Source of the DNA: the human T2T-CHM13v2.0 reference genome, Homo sapiens
Assembly (NCBI RefSeq): GCF_009914755.1
Contig: NC_060935.1
Reading direction: 5' to 3' (one strand)
DNA: 64,000 nt
Positions 63,796 to 64,000 of the stretch are shown in pieces. Both the position numbers and the translations under genes were made by a program. Positions within the stretch are counted from its first letter, which is position 1, and each line of letters starts with the position of its first letter. The notes under the pieces are model-generated. The model had not been told where the DNA came from. It saw only the letters and a program-made list of their open reading frames with translations, and ran no database searches.

Positions 63796-64000
63796 CATGC
63801 CAGAATAAACCCTGGAAGCCGATCTCCTTGAATGTCACTTTAGGAAACATTATCCAAAGGGCAGGTCCACCCCGTCACTGCTTTCTTTTCTCACATTGGT
63901 CCCTCGCTATCATGTCTCAAGCCCATGATTATTCTGAAGCTGTAGTGGGAAATTTTCAAAGGGATAAAAGTTTCTCTCTTTTGCAACAGAGATAGATAGA

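Overview
Primate (most likely human) genomic DNA, repeat-rich and gene-poor. The only supportable protein-coding gene is the 3' end of MPPED2 (metallophosphoesterase domain-containing 2; the human gene lies at 11p14.1) on the minus strand. Three GT-AG coding exons (47877-47762, 44585-44472, 41830-41712) splice in frame into the C-terminal peptide ...TPWFNGWGFNLPRG...THGPPLG/FRDWVP...HVFGGIHEG/YGIMTDG...LPNPQGS*, followed by a ~1.4-kb 3' UTR ending at an AATAAA at 40336-40331. A second, phase-compatible terminal exon lies ~25 kb further downstream (19201-19134, VNPVSISKALRTKICSLPSKTS*). It appears to be exonized from an antisense L2 3' end, with a (CT)n microsatellite as its polypyrimidine tract. 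The rest is Alu (J, S, Y, FRAM), MIR, L1M, L2, MaLR/ERVL LTRs, hAT and mariner-derived elements and microsatellites. I found no CRISPR, rRNA, tRNA or new multi-gene system. The most unusual structures are the exonized L2 terminal exon, a MaLR insertion with a U5 end at both termini, a 224-bp ~94% identical local duplication, an AluJ carrying a unique polyadenylated 3' segment inside its TSD, a spacerless palindrome in an MLT2 LTR, two TGACA-rich candidate enhancers and a candidate antisense lncRNA. Repeat family names and boundaries come from visual recognition and are approximate.
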